Source: Planctomycetota bacterium (GTDB lineage Bacteria > Planctomycetota > UBA1135 > GCA-002686595). Taken from it: 64,000 nt of DNA. Shown piece by piece: positions 35,441-45,472 of the stretch. How positions within the stretch are numbered: the first letter of the stretch is position 1; each line of letters begins with the position of its first letter. The position numbers and the translations under genes were made by a program. The notes beneath the pieces were generated by a model that worked only from the letters and a program-made list of their open reading frames with translations, searched no databases and was not told where the DNA came from. The stretch lies in NCBI GenBank assembly GCA_044228975.1, contig JBGATX010000002.1, forward strand, positions 31,122 to 95,121, in the 5' to 3' direction.

Positions 35441-37279
35441 ATGCTCTCACGCGCCTTGCTGCTCGCCGGTCTCGCCTCCTGCACCTCGCTGACGCCGGAC
35501 TCGCGAAACGGCGTCGATTCCATCGGGTTCCGAGGGCCCGCGCGCGACGGGCATTTCGGCGGTCGCGTGCCGAGGCGCAAGCCGGACGTCGCCTGGACAT
35601 TCGTCACGCAGGGGCCGATCCGCAGCTCGCCGATCGCGGTCGGCGACGCGATCGTGTTCGGCAGCGGCGACGGTGTCCTGTACTCCGTCGATGCAGCGCA
35701 GGGGCGAGAGCGCTGGAGCTTGCGCACCGGGAGCGCGCTCGATGGTCCCGCCGCATTCGCCGCGGGCAACGTCGTCGTCGAGAGCCGCGATGGAAGGCTC
35801 TTCGGCGTCGATGCGCGGAGCGGAGCGCTGCGTTGGACGCTCGCGCTCGGCGCGGATGCGCACTCGGACTGGGACTACGAGTACTTCATCTCCGGCCCGG
35901 CGACCGACGGCTCGCGCGTGTACGTCGGTTCCGGTCACGGCGAGGTGTCGTGCGTCGACGCGGCGAGCGGTGGCGTGCTCTGGCGCTTCATGACCGGCGG
36001 TCGCGTGCGCGCGTCGCCCAGCGTCGATGGCGGTGTCGTGTTCGTCGGCAGCTTCGACGGCTACGTGTACGCGCTCGACGCCGCGCGCGGAACGCAGCTC
36101 TGGAAGTTCGCCACGCAGGGCGTTTCGATCGACTGCCAGGCCGCGGGCTTCGATCGTCGCTCGGTGCAGGGCTCGACGGCGGTGACGAGCGATCTCGTGC
36201 TCGTCGGTGGTCGCGACGGACACCTGTACGCGATCGACCGTCGCACGGGCGTCGAACGCTGGAACTTCGATCACGAGACGAGCTGGGTCGTGTCGTCGCC
36301 CGCGGTGTCGGGCTCGACCGTCGTCGTCGGCACGTCCGATGGACGCTTCGTGCAGGCATTGGAGCTCTCGACCGGTCGCGAGCTCTGGCGTCACCGCACG
36401 GACTCGAACGCGCAGCCGTCGCCCGCGATCGTCGGCGACGTCGTCGTGACCGGCGACAGCCTCGGCTCGATCCTCGCGCTCGATCTCGAAAGCGGTCGCG
36501 AGCTCTGGCGCATTCCGACCGGTGACGCGGTGTACTCGTCGCCGCTCGTCCGCGCGGGGCGCATCTACGTCGGCAGCGACGACGGCCGGATGTACGCGCT
36601 GCACGGCGATCTCGAAGCGCCAGAGCGCACGGCGCGGCGCGCGGTGTACTACGACCGCACGGTTCCGTACCGCTACTTCTCGGGCGATCGCGAGCTGCGC
36701 GCGGCGTTGATGAAGGAGAGCTACGAGACGCTCTCGCGCCAGAACCTCGCCGTGTTCCTCGAAGCGCGCGTCGCGGATCGCAAGGCGAGCGTCGTGGTGC
36801 TCGCGACCGACGTGCTGCCTTCGAACGTGCTCGACGAGGAAGGCGGGAAGGCGTGTCTCGTGCGGCGCTATCTCGACGCCGGCGGCAAGCTCGTCTGGGT
36901 CGGATGTCCGCCGCTCTGCTACACGTTCGACGCCGTGAGCGGTCAGATGATCGCGCCGACGCAGGACAGCCTCGCGCGCTTCCGCCACGTGCTCGACATG
37001 CAAGCCGCGCCTCCCGACGAAGGCGCCTGTCGCGCGGAGCCGACGGAGCTCGGCCGGCGCTGGGGAATGCCCGAGGGATGGTTCATCGCGCACGAAGCGC
37101 TCGCGACCGCTCCGGGAGAAGTCGACGTGCTCGCGACGGACGAACACGGCCACGCGGCGGCGTGGGTGAAGAGCTTCGGCGGCGCACCGGGCTCGGGTTT
37201 CGTCCGTTGCTGGGGGAGCGAGCGACCGCTGCCGGATCCGAGCGTGGTCTTGCGCATCGCGGAGTTCGGACTGGACTGA
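35441..37279 (+). CDS. PQQ-like beta-propeller repeat lipoprotein with an uncharacterised ~200-aa C-terminal domain
   Basis: Lipobox MLSRALLLAGLASC. About eight repeats of G.(L/V)YA(L/V)D...G...W. Confidence 0.85.
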   Translation: MLSRALLLAGLASCTSLTPDSRNGVDSIGFRGPARDGHFGGRVPRRKPDVAWTFVTQGPIRSSPIAVGDAIVFGSGDGVLYSVDAAQGRERWSLRTGSALDGPAAFAAGNVVVESRDGRLFGVDARSGALRWTLALGADAHSDWDYEYFISGPATDGSRVYVGSGHGEVSCVDAASGGVLWRFMTGGRVRASPSVDGGVVFVGSFDGYVYALDAARGTQLWKFATQGVSIDCQAAGFDRRSVQGSTAVTSDLVLVGGRDGHLYAIDRRTGVERWNFDHETSWVVSSPAVSGSTVVVGTSDGRFVQALELSTGRELWRHRTDSNAQPSPAIVGDVVVTGDSLGSILALDLESGRELWRIPTGDAVYSSPLVRAGRIYVGSDDGRMYALHGDLEAPERTARRAVYYDRTVPYRYFSGDRELRAALMKESYETLSRQNLAVFLEARVADRKASVVVLATDVLPSNVLDEEGGKACLVRRYLDAGGKLVWVGCPPLCYTFDAVSGQMIAPTQDSLARFRHVLDMQAAPPDEGACRAEPTELGRRWGMPEGWFIAHEALATAPGEVDVLATDEHGHAAAWVKSFGGAPGSGFVRCWGSERPLPDPSVVLRIAEFGLD

Positions 37280-37403
37280 GCGCGCGCCAGCGTGTCCCGA
37301 GAGCGTGTTCGCGACGCTAACGTAGTGCGAGATCGCGGCCACGTGCTCCCGCAACGCAGCCGCGCTCCGTCGAGCCTCGAGACATCCGCCGCACGAGTCG
37401 CCC

Positions 37404-38792
37404 ATGATCCGAGTTCCGTTCCTCGTCGCATTCCTTCCGGTGGTGCTGCCGATCTCAACCATCGCGGGCGACGGGCAGAAGATCACCGAGGAGCGCCTGA
37501 ACGCCGCCTACGCCGACGCGCAGAAGGCCATCGCGAAGGAGCTCTCCGCATCGCTCGAGCAGCTGCCCAGGCTGAAGATCAGCGATGCGCTCACGCTGGC
37601 GAAGGCGGTTGCGGCAGAGAACCTGCCGATGATCCGGCTGCGCCAGCCGGACGAAGAAAAGGCGAAGACGGAAGCGAAGCAGGCCGGCGCGCAGCTCGCC
37701 ACGTTCGCCTATGCGAAATACGCCTGGTCCACGAAGGAGTTCCTGGTCGTTCCGGCGAACTGGGAGGGCACCGCGCGCATCGCCAAGAGGCCGGAGCTCA
37801 CCGGCGACGAGGCGCTGCGCGCGGTGATGGTTCACGAGCTGTGTCACGCCCTCGACGACCGCGCGCACGATTTCGATGCGCTGTTGCGCGCCTCGCCGAA
37901 CACCGACACCTCGTCCGCGCTGTGCGCCGTCATCGAGGGTCACGCGCAACACCGAGCGCGCCGTGTGTGCGCGGCCGCGGGCTGGAGTCGCGGCTTCGAA
38001 TCGTTCACGGAATCGATCGGCGCCTTGCCGGAAGACGCCGGAGCCAATGGCGAAGCGCAGAAACGCTGGCTCGAAGCCCAGTCCGCGAACGCGTCGTTCG
38101 CCTACCGCGAGGGCGAGCGTTTCGTCGCGGCGATCGAGGAGGCCGCGGGGAAGGAAGCGCTCGGACGCGTGTTCCGATCTCCGCCGCAGGACACGGAGAC
38201 GATCCTCAACCCGGCGTGGTACCTCGATCCGAAGTCGCGTCCCGCGCAGCTGTACGACGCGGAACCGGCGCTCGACAAGTTCGCCGCGGCGTACGACGGC
38301 GCCGTCTGGAGCTCGCAACGCGTCAGCCTCAACGGTGCGCAGCTCGGCGCGAGCCTGAACCAGCTGCCGAAGGAGGAGATGGACGCGATCGTCGCCTCGA
38401 TTCGCGCGACGCGTGTGATCCAGCTCTACCCGACCGCGGACCCCAGCTCGAAGGTCGCGCTCCTCGCGGTGATCGAGTTCGACGGCGAGAGTTCAGCGAG
38501 CTCCTTCGTCGAAGCGAGCGCGCGGCTGAGCAAGCTCAAGGACGAGAGCATGTCCAAGGGCACGCTGCGCATCACCGGCTCGAAGTCGACGCAGCTCGAG
38601 CGCAAGGAGTACCGCGGCTGGCTGCAGGAGAAGACGATGGTCAACGGCACGCTCGAGTTCCAATTCGCATCGATCGACGCGTGTCGCGGCCGCATCGTCG
38701 TCGAGACGATCATGAGCGGCGAGCCGCTCGAGCGCGAGGCGCACGAGGAGCTCATCGGCGAGTTGCACGACGCGGTGAGGCTCAAACGCTGA
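37404..38792 (+). CDS. secreted HExxH-motif protein (putative zinc metallopeptidase-like)
   Basis: Signal peptide MIRVPFLVAFLPVVLPISTIAG. VMVHELCHALDD plus a downstream VIEGHAQH. No further family recognised. Confidence 0.7.
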   Translation: MIRVPFLVAFLPVVLPISTIAGDGQKITEERLNAAYADAQKAIAKELSASLEQLPRLKISDALTLAKAVAAENLPMIRLRQPDEEKAKTEAKQAGAQLATFAYAKYAWSTKEFLVVPANWEGTARIAKRPELTGDEALRAVMVHELCHALDDRAHDFDALLRASPNTDTSSALCAVIEGHAQHRARRVCAAAGWSRGFESFTESIGALPEDAGANGEAQKRWLEAQSANASFAYREGERFVAAIEEAAGKEALGRVFRSPPQDTETILNPAWYLDPKSRPAQLYDAEPALDKFAAAYDGAVWSSQRVSLNGAQLGASLNQLPKEEMDAIVASIRATRVIQLYPTADPSSKVALLAVIEFDGESSASSFVEASARLSKLKDESMSKGTLRITGSKSTQLERKEYRGWLQEKTMVNGTLEFQFASIDACRGRIVVETIMSGEPLEREAHEELIGELHDAVRLKR

Positions 38793-39036
38793 GCTCTGCG
38801 GCTTCATCGGGCTCGTGCCCCCCCCCGATGGCTCTCCGCGCTCGAGCGCAACGACCCTCGGCTCGAGTCCGTGGCGCGACCCAGCGTGCGGGTCGTGTGC
38901 TGCTGCGAAGAGGATCAGTCCTGCGTATCCAGGTGGGCGAGACCCTCGCGCGTGATCGCAATCGTTCGCAAGGGGCGCGTCGACGCGCATGCCTGCGCCG
39001 CCCAACGCACGGGAGTTCGCACGCAGCGTCGCGCGA

Positions 39037-41691
39037 TCAGCGGAGCTTCTGCTTCAGCTCGCGCAGGAAGAGCAGCGCTTCGATCGGCGTCATGCGATCG
39101 AGATCGGCCTTGCCGAGCTCGACCTCGATCTCGCTGCGCTTGGCATCGAACAGCCCGAGCTGGCGCAGGCCGTCGTCGACCTCCGCCTTCGCACCCGCCG
39201 CGCGGCGCGCGATGCGCGGAGTGAGGTCCTCCGCGTCGCGTTCGATGTCGGCCAGGATCTCCTTGGCGCGCTCGAGCACCGCGCGCGGGACGCCGGCGAG
39301 TCGCGCGACGTGGATGCCATACGAGCGATCCGTGCCGCCGTCGACGATCTTGTGCAGGAAGACGATCTCGTCGTGCCACTCGCGCACGGCGACGTTCATG
39401 TTGCACACGCCCTTCAGGCGCGTGGCAAGATCCGTCAGCTGGTGGTAGTGCGTCGCGAAGAGCGTGCGCGCGCGCGCCTTCTCGTGCAGGTGCTCGACGA
39501 TCGCCCAGGCGAGCGCGAGGCCGTCGAAGGTGCTCGTGCCGCGTCCGACCTCGTCGAGCACGACCAGCGAGCGCGGCGTCGCCGTATTGAGGATGTTGGC
39601 GATCTCGAGCATCTCGACCATGAAGGTCGACGCGTTGCGTCCGATGTCGTCGGCCGAGCCGATGCGCGTGAGCACGCGATCGACGACGCCGATGCGCGCC
39701 TCGGACGCCGGCACGAACGAGCCGATCTGAGCCAGGATCACGATCAGCGCCGTCTGGCGGATGTAGGTCGACTTGCCGGCCATGTTCGGGCCGGTGAGGA
39801 TCGTGATCATCCGGTCGTTGCGGTTCAGGCGGCTGTCGTTGGGCACGAAGAGCTCGCCGCGCGGGTTGCGCTCCACGACGGGATGGCGGCCGTCGACGAT
39901 CTTGATCGCGTCGCCGTCGTCGATGGCGGGCGCGACGTAGCGATTCTCGACCGCGCGCTGAGCCAGCGCCGCGATGGCGTCGAGCGTCGCGATCGCGTCC
40001 GCGGTCGCCAGGATGCGCGCCGTCGCACGCGAGACTTCGTCGCGCAACGCGAGGAAGAGCGTGTACTCGAGATCGCGCGCGCGTTCTTCGGCGTGGAGGA
40101 CCTTGTCCTCCTGTTCCTTGAGGTCCGGCGTGATGTAGCGCTCGGCGCCCTTGATCGTCTGCTTGCGCACGTAGTGCGCGGGGACGCGCTCGATCTGGCC
40201 GCGTGGAATCTCGATGAAGTAGCCGAAGACCGAGTTGTAGCCGACCTTGAGGCCGGGCAGGTTCGAGCGCTGGATCTCCTCGGCCTGGAAGCGCGCCATC
40301 CACGACTTCGCGTCGCCGGCGATCGTGCGCAGCTCGTCCAATCCGCCGTCAAAACCCGTGCGGATCAACCCGCCTTCGCGCAACGCGAGCGGCGGATCGT
40401 CGGCGAGCGTCGTGCGGATGCGCGTGACGAGCTCCGGCAGCGGATCGAGACGATCGCGCAGCTCGCCCAGCAGCGCCGAGAAGCTCGGCTCGAGCTTCTC
40501 GCGCAGCGGTTCGACGATCGCAAGCGAGTTCGCGAGGCCCAGGAGGTCGCGCGCGTGCGCCCGCGCGGTCGCGACCTTGGCGGTGAGACGTTCGAGGTCG
40601 AGCACGCGCGAGAGGAGCTCGCGCAGCTCCTCGCGGAGGAACGGCGACTCGACGAGCTCCGCGATCGCGCGCTGGCGGTGGAGGACCGGCTCGACGTCGC
40701 GCAGCGGATGCGCGAGCCAGTCGCGCAGGCGGCGGCTGCCGAGAGGTGTCGAGCTCGCGTCGAGCACCTCGATCAGCGTGCCTTCCTTGCGGCCGTCGCG
40801 TTGCGTGCGGAAGAGCTCGAGCGTCGCTGTCGTCGCGCGGTCGAGACCGAGCCATGTCGTCGCGTCGACGCGCTCGATGCGCAAGACGTGCGCGCAGGCG
40901 TTCTTTTGCGTCTCCTGCAAATATTCGAGCAGCGCTCCAGCAGCCGGAACGACCGCGGAATCGTGCTCGACGCCGAAGCCCTCGAGACTGGCGACCTTGA
41001 AGTGCGCGCAGAGCTTCGAGATCGAGGTCTCGCGATCGAAACGCCACGGATCGCGCGAGGTGATCCGCGCTCCGAGCTGCTCGCGCAGCGACAGGAGGCG
41101 TGCTTCGACCTCGGGGCGCTGCTCCGCTGCGAGCAAGAGCTCCGCGGGTCCGATGCGCGCGACCTCGTCTGCGAGACGCGCGGATTCGATCTCGAGCACG
41201 AGGAATCGGCCGGTCGACAGATCGACCCATGCGAGTCCGTCGCGCTCGCTGCCCGCGTGCAGGCAGGCGAGGTGGTTGTTCTCGCGCGCGTCGAGCTGGT
41301 CTTCCTCCGTGATCGTGCCCGCGGTGACGACGCGCACCACGCCGCGCTCCACCATGCCCTTGGCGAAACGCGCGTCCTGGAGCTGCTCGCAGATCGCGAC
41401 CTTGAAGCCCTTGGCGACGAGCTTCATCAAGTAGTTGTCGACGGTGCGCACCGGCACGCCGGCCATCGGCACGGCGTCCTCGCCCTTGGAGCGCGACGTG
41501 AGCGTCAATCCCAGTTCGCGCGCTGCGACGCGTGCATCGTCGTGGAAGAGCTCGAAGAAGTCGCCGAGGCGGAAGAAGAGCAGCGCGTCGGGGTGCTGCT
41601 TCTTCGCGCGCCAGTACTGCTCCATCATGGGCGTGTTGGCGCCCGAGCCGGATCGCCCGGCCGCGTCCTTCTCCAAATAGGTGCTGCGCAT
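39037..41691 (-). CDS. mutS: DNA mismatch repair protein MutS
   Basis: ATG 41691 within track ORF 39037..41901. TPMMEQYWRAKKQHPDALLFFRLGDFFELF, Walker A ILTGPNMAGKSTY, LVVLDEVGRGTSTFDG, FATHYH. Confidence 0.95.
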   Translation of the reverse strand: MRSTYLEKDAAGRSGSGANTPMMEQYWRAKKQHPDALLFFRLGDFFELFHDDARVAARELGLTLTSRSKGEDAVPMAGVPVRTVDNYLMKLVAKGFKVAICEQLQDARFAKGMVERGVVRVVTAGTITEEDQLDARENNHLACLHAGSERDGLAWVDLSTGRFLVLEIESARLADEVARIGPAELLLAAEQRPEVEARLLSLREQLGARITSRDPWRFDRETSISKLCAHFKVASLEGFGVEHDSAVVPAAGALLEYLQETQKNACAHVLRIERVDATTWLGLDRATTATLELFRTQRDGRKEGTLIEVLDASSTPLGSRRLRDWLAHPLRDVEPVLHRQRAIAELVESPFLREELRELLSRVLDLERLTAKVATARAHARDLLGLANSLAIVEPLREKLEPSFSALLGELRDRLDPLPELVTRIRTTLADDPPLALREGGLIRTGFDGGLDELRTIAGDAKSWMARFQAEEIQRSNLPGLKVGYNSVFGYFIEIPRGQIERVPAHYVRKQTIKGAERYITPDLKEQEDKVLHAEERARDLEYTLFLALRDEVSRATARILATADAIATLDAIAALAQRAVENRYVAPAIDDGDAIKIVDGRHPVVERNPRGELFVPNDSRLNRNDRMITILTGPNMAGKSTYIRQTALIVILAQIGSFVPASEARIGVVDRVLTRIGSADDIGRNASTFMVEMLEIANILNTATPRSLVVLDEVGRGTSTFDGLALAWAIVEHLHEKARARTLFATHYHQLTDLATRLKGVCNMNVAVREWHDEIVFLHKIVDGGTDRSYGIHVARLAGVPRAVLERAKEILADIERDAEDLTPRIARRAAGAKAEVDDGLRQLGLFDAKRSEIEVELGKADLDRMTPIEALLFLRELKQKLR

Positions 41692-41888
41692 CGTCGTGGA
41701 CGCGAAAGCGCGCGGGTCGGGCGATGAGGACCGCTCCCCGCGCGTCTGTCGGAACGGGAGTCTACGCGCCGCGAATTCCTGCGCCAAACACGCGCGACGC
41801 GCGCGGAGCGGCATTTGCCGGGCGGCGGGCCCCTCGGCCTTGCAAGGTGCGCTTCGGCGCCCGAGCATGGCCCGCCTTCGCAGCGTCG

Positions 41889-43262
41889 ATGTCCCCCGCA
41901 ACCATCCTCCAGCGCCACCGGCGGCAGCGTCGTCGCGCCTTCGTCCCGCTCGCGCTCGCGTGGGTCCTCGCGGCCTGCGCGTCCTACCCGGAACGCACGA
42001 AGGCCGCGTATTCCGACTTCGAGAGTGGACACCTGCGCGCAGCGTTCGACGCGTACAAGGACAAGCAGACGACCGGTTCGGAGTTCCTCTCAGGCGCGGA
42101 GGCTGGCATGGTCGCCTTCTCCGAGGGTCGCTGGGACGATGCCGTCGCGCAGCTCGACCGTGCGATGGAGGTCACCAAGGACGCCGAGCGCCAGGCGTTG
42201 CTCTCTCCCGAAGCGATGGAGGAGACGCTGCTCACGTGGACGCTGAACGAGAGCTTCCAGGCGTACGTCGGCGAAGGCTACGAACGAGTGCTGCTCCACG
42301 CGACGGCCGCGCTTGCGCGCCTGGCGAAGGGCGACATCACAGGAGCACGCGTCGAGTCGAAGCTCGCCAACGAGCTGCTCGAGTCCGAGGAGCAGCTCTA
42401 CAAGAAGAAATATGCCGCTGGAGGGCTGGGACATTTCGTATCGGCGCTGGTCTACGAGCTGGATGGCAAGACCGATGACGCGCGCATCGACTACGAACGC
42501 ATGCGCGCGAAGGGACTGGGCACGGCGCTCGCCGGTCGCGCGCTCCTGCGCCTCTACGAAGCGCAAGGCAAGGACGACGAGGCCGAGGCGCTGCGCAAGG
42601 AGCTCGGCGGGGACGTCGAGATGCCCAAGGACGCGGCGAACATCGTCATCGTCGCCGCTATCGGCATCGGCCCGTACAAGCGCGCGAACACGCTCACGAT
42701 CCCGACGCCCGACGGAATCCTGCAATGGTCCGTGCCCTCGTACGAGCGTCGTCCACAGGCCGTGGGTGATCTCGAGCTCTCGATCGCTGGCGGCGTGGGC
42801 AGCGTGCGAACGATCGTGATCGAAGACGTGGGCAAGGTCTCCGACGAGAACCTCTCCGATCGCTTGCTCCTGCTCTCGGCGAAGTCCGCCGTGCGTGCCG
42901 TACTCAAGCGCGAGATGGCGCAAGCGCTAGGCGACAAGCACGGAGGCTGGGCCGAGCTTGCCGGCAACCTCTTCACGATCCTGACGGAGCACGCCGACTT
43001 GCGCGCGTGGCAGACGCTTCCCGATACCTGGCAGGCCGCGCGCGTTTTCGTGCCGCCGGGCGCGCACGAGCTCGTGCTCGAGGCACGCGGCGGCGAGCGT
43101 CAGAACCTCGGTAGCTTCGTGCTCGAACCGGGCGAAACGATGTTCGTCTTCGCGCGCACGATCGGCCCGCGCTTGCTCGCCTATCCCATCGGCGGGCGGA
43201 AGTCGGCCGTCGAAAGTCCGTCCGCCACCGAGACCACGCCGCCCGGAGGCTCGACCCCGTGA
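41889..43262 (+). CDS. COG3014-like lipoprotein
   Basis: ATG 41889 within track ORF 41532..43262. Signal RRRAFVPLALAWVLAAC, a TPR-like N-terminal half, and operon context with YcfL-like and LpoB-like genes. Confidence 0.7.
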   Translation: MSPATILQRHRRQRRRAFVPLALAWVLAACASYPERTKAAYSDFESGHLRAAFDAYKDKQTTGSEFLSGAEAGMVAFSEGRWDDAVAQLDRAMEVTKDAERQALLSPEAMEETLLTWTLNESFQAYVGEGYERVLLHATAALARLAKGDITGARVESKLANELLESEEQLYKKKYAAGGLGHFVSALVYELDGKTDDARIDYERMRAKGLGTALAGRALLRLYEAQGKDDEAEALRKELGGDVEMPKDAANIVIVAAIGIGPYKRANTLTIPTPDGILQWSVPSYERRPQAVGDLELSIAGGVGSVRTIVIEDVGKVSDENLSDRLLLLSAKSAVRAVLKREMAQALGDKHGGWAELAGNLFTILTEHADLRAWQTLPDTWQAARVFVPPGAHELVLEARGGERQNLGSFVLEPGETMFVFARTIGPRLLAYPIGGRKSAVESPSATETTPPGGSTP

Positions 43263-43666
43263 AGACCAGCATCTCGATCCTGCTCGCCGCCATCGCGGCC
43301 TTCGTCTCTTGCCGCTCGACGTCGGGCTCCGGTGCCGGTGGGCCCCCGCGGCAGGTCTACACGGCGATGCAGGGAGACGAACGCGTCCATCAGGACCTCG
43401 AGCTGCGCTCCCCACGCATCGTTCGCACGGGCGGCGCGCGGGCGGCGGAGTTCGAGCTCAAGAACCGCACGTCGTCGATGCTCGACATCCTCTACTGCGT
43501 GGAGTGGTACGACGCGCACAACGCACGCATCGACGCGCTCCCGCAGCTCTGGTACCCCGTCCACCTGGCCGGCGGAGCGACGCATCCCGTCCACGCGGTC
43601 GCGCCCACGGCGCAGGCCGAGTCTTTCCGACTTCTCGCTCAACGTCCGGGCGCCTTCAGTCACTAG
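43259..43666 (+). CDS. YcfL-like (DUF1425-type) lipoprotein
   Basis: GTG start overlaps the upstream stop (GTGA). Lipobox ILLAAIAAFVSC. FELKNRTSSMLDILYCVEWYDAHN pattern, about 135 aa. Confidence 0.65.
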   Translation: MKTSISILLAAIAAFVSCRSTSGSGAGGPPRQVYTAMQGDERVHQDLELRSPRIVRTGGARAAEFELKNRTSSMLDILYCVEWYDAHNARIDALPQLWYPVHLAGGATHPVHAVAPTAQAESFRLLAQRPGAFSH

Positions 43667-43711
43667 CGCTTCGCGACCTTCAACCACGATCCCACCTCGG
43701 AGCTTCGAATC

Positions 43712-44341
43712 ATGAGCAAGTTGTGCCTGTCGTTCCTTCTCGTCTCCCTCGTCGGCGCTTCGTCCTGCAGCTCGACACGCTACGGCGATTCGAAAGCCAC
43801 GGAGACCGTCAACGTCGATTGGGGCTCGACCGATCTGCAGACCTTCTCCGCGGAGATGGTCAAGTCGCTCCTCGACGCTCCGCAGCTCGCCTACATGGAC
43901 CACTCGGGCAAGGGCGAGGACAAGCGCATCATCGTCTACATGGGCGGCATCCGGAACGAAACGAAGGAGCACATCAACCTCGAGTCGATGAACGACTCGA
44001 TCAGCACCGAGCTCCTGCGCAGCAAGCGCTTCCGCCTTGCCGCCGACCAGAAGGGCCAGACCGAACTGGGCGACCAGGTGCGCTTCCAGAACGAGAGCGG
44101 TCGGGTCGCCGAGGAACAGGCGAAGAAGTTCGGAAAGCAGATCGGCGCCGACGTCGTGCTCTACGGCACGCTGTACTCGATCGAGAAGAAGAAGGGCCGC
44201 TCGATCGAGAACCTCGGCACGAAGACCGAGGACGTCTACTACCAGTTCACCTTCAAGTGCGTGAACATAGAGACCGGCGAGATCATCTGGCAGGAGAACA
44301 AGGACATCCGTAAGCAGCAGAAGACCGGCATCTTCGGCTGA
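43712..44341 (+). CDS. lpoB: LpoB-like (COG3417) lipoprotein
   Basis: Lipobox FLLVSLVGASSC. VDWGSTDLQTFSAEMVKSLL, IRNETKEHINLESMNDSISTELL, GADVVLYGTLYSI, and VNIETGEIIW resemble the LpoB / COG3417 fold family. Confidence 0.75.
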   Translation: MSKLCLSFLLVSLVGASSCSSTRYGDSKATETVNVDWGSTDLQTFSAEMVKSLLDAPQLAYMDHSGKGEDKRIIVYMGGIRNETKEHINLESMNDSISTELLRSKRFRLAADQKGQTELGDQVRFQNESGRVAEEQAKKFGKQIGADVVLYGTLYSIEKKKGRSIENLGTKTEDVYYQFTFKCVNIETGEIIWQENKDIRKQQKTGIFG

Positions 44342-44449
44342 GCGGCGCGGCGCCATTCGTGGCCGTCGATCGCGTTCGGCAGCGAACCTGCCTCGGCTCG
44401 ATCGCACCGCCGGCTCGTACGGATGGGTGTGAACGAGCGACACGAGCGA

Positions 44450-45472
44450 AGCTGACGGGAAAGCGCTTCCCGTCTTCCTGATGGGCAAGGCCCGCTGGTC
44501 GACCGCCGGCGGGCCTGCTTCTTGGATAGGCGCCCGTCCAGCGTTGCTGCCTGCCTCCGACAGAAACCCCGACTTTCCGCGATCGGGGGCTAGGTTGCCC
44601 CGGCTCCGTGGCCCGCAGTCATCGAACTGCGCTGGGGACAAACTCTTCTCGAAGCCGTCAGCCCGCTGGGTCATACCCTGCGGGCTGATGGTGTTTCCGG
44701 GCCGGCTGCCGGCGACGTGCCGCCTGGCGTAGAACCTCCCGACACGAGTCGCAGATCGATCGTTCGGAGCGCCGCGGCTCACCGGCTCGATCGGTCGCAG
44801 CCAAGTGCTGCGCTGGGGATCCGAGAAACTCTTCTCGACGCTGCGAGCCCGCTGACCTCTTGGTCGGCGGGCTCGTCTTTCGTCGCGAGCTGTGGGATGC
44901 GGTGGCCCGCGCGAACGAGTTCGGGACGACGCGTTCGGAGTCGACTTCGAGGCGGCTGTGGATCGCGCAGCTGCGAGCTGCGCTGGGGATCCAAGAACTC
45001 TTCTCGATGCCACGAGGCCCGCTGGACTGCCTGCCAGCGGGCTTCGCGTTTCGTCGGGACGCGGCGTGCGGCCACGGATCGTCCAACGAAGTCGAGCTCC
45101 GTGCTCCGCGACGAAACTGCGACGCCGAGCGAATCGCCGCGTTCGGGAGACTCGAAGACGCGGCTGTGGATCGTGCAGCTGCGAGCTGCGCTGGGGATCC
45201 AAGAACTCTTCTCGATGCCACGAGGCCCGCTGGACTGCCTGCCAGCGGGCTTCGCGTTTCGTCGGGACGCGGCGTGCGGCCTGGATCATCCAACGAAGTC
45301 GAGCTCCGTGCTCCGCGACGAAACTGCGACGCCGACGAATCGCCGCGTTCGGGAGACTCGAAGACGCGGCTGTGGATCGTGCAGCTGCGAGCTGCGCGCT
45401 GGGGATCCAAGAACTCTTCTCGATGCCACGAGGCCCGCTGGACTGCCTGCCAGCGGGCTTCGCGTTTCGTCA
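44450..45472. repeat. tandem array of five to six 170-208-bp units, each with a conserved core and a GC-rich hairpin
   Basis: CTGCGCTGGGGA at 44627, 44808, 44978, 45186 and (with a GC insertion) 45392. Hairpins begin at 44488, 44659, 44845, 45017, 45225 and 45433. Units starting at 44953, 45161 and 45367 are near-identical. The same peptide strings repeat in several track frames, as expected for non-coding repeats. Confidence 0.9.

Noticed and set aside
38804-38829. C9 run (38817-38825) within a weak hairpin CATCGGG-N12-CCCGATG downstream of the HExxH gene, considered as a terminator or a phase-variable tract
   Set aside because: There is no T-tract, the stem is only 7 bp with a large loop, and the position is intergenic between convergent genes, so length variation has no obvious consequence. 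Noted only as a homopolymer.
38989-41727. 912-aa plus-strand ORF
   Set aside because: Antisense to mutS, which carries all the diagnostic motifs. No motifs in this frame.
44450-45472. CRISPR array interpretation of the periodic repeats
   Set aside because: The units are 170-208 bp and the sequence between the conserved cores is itself repeated in the young copies. There are no 25-40-bp direct repeats alternating with unique spacers, and no cas genes in the window.
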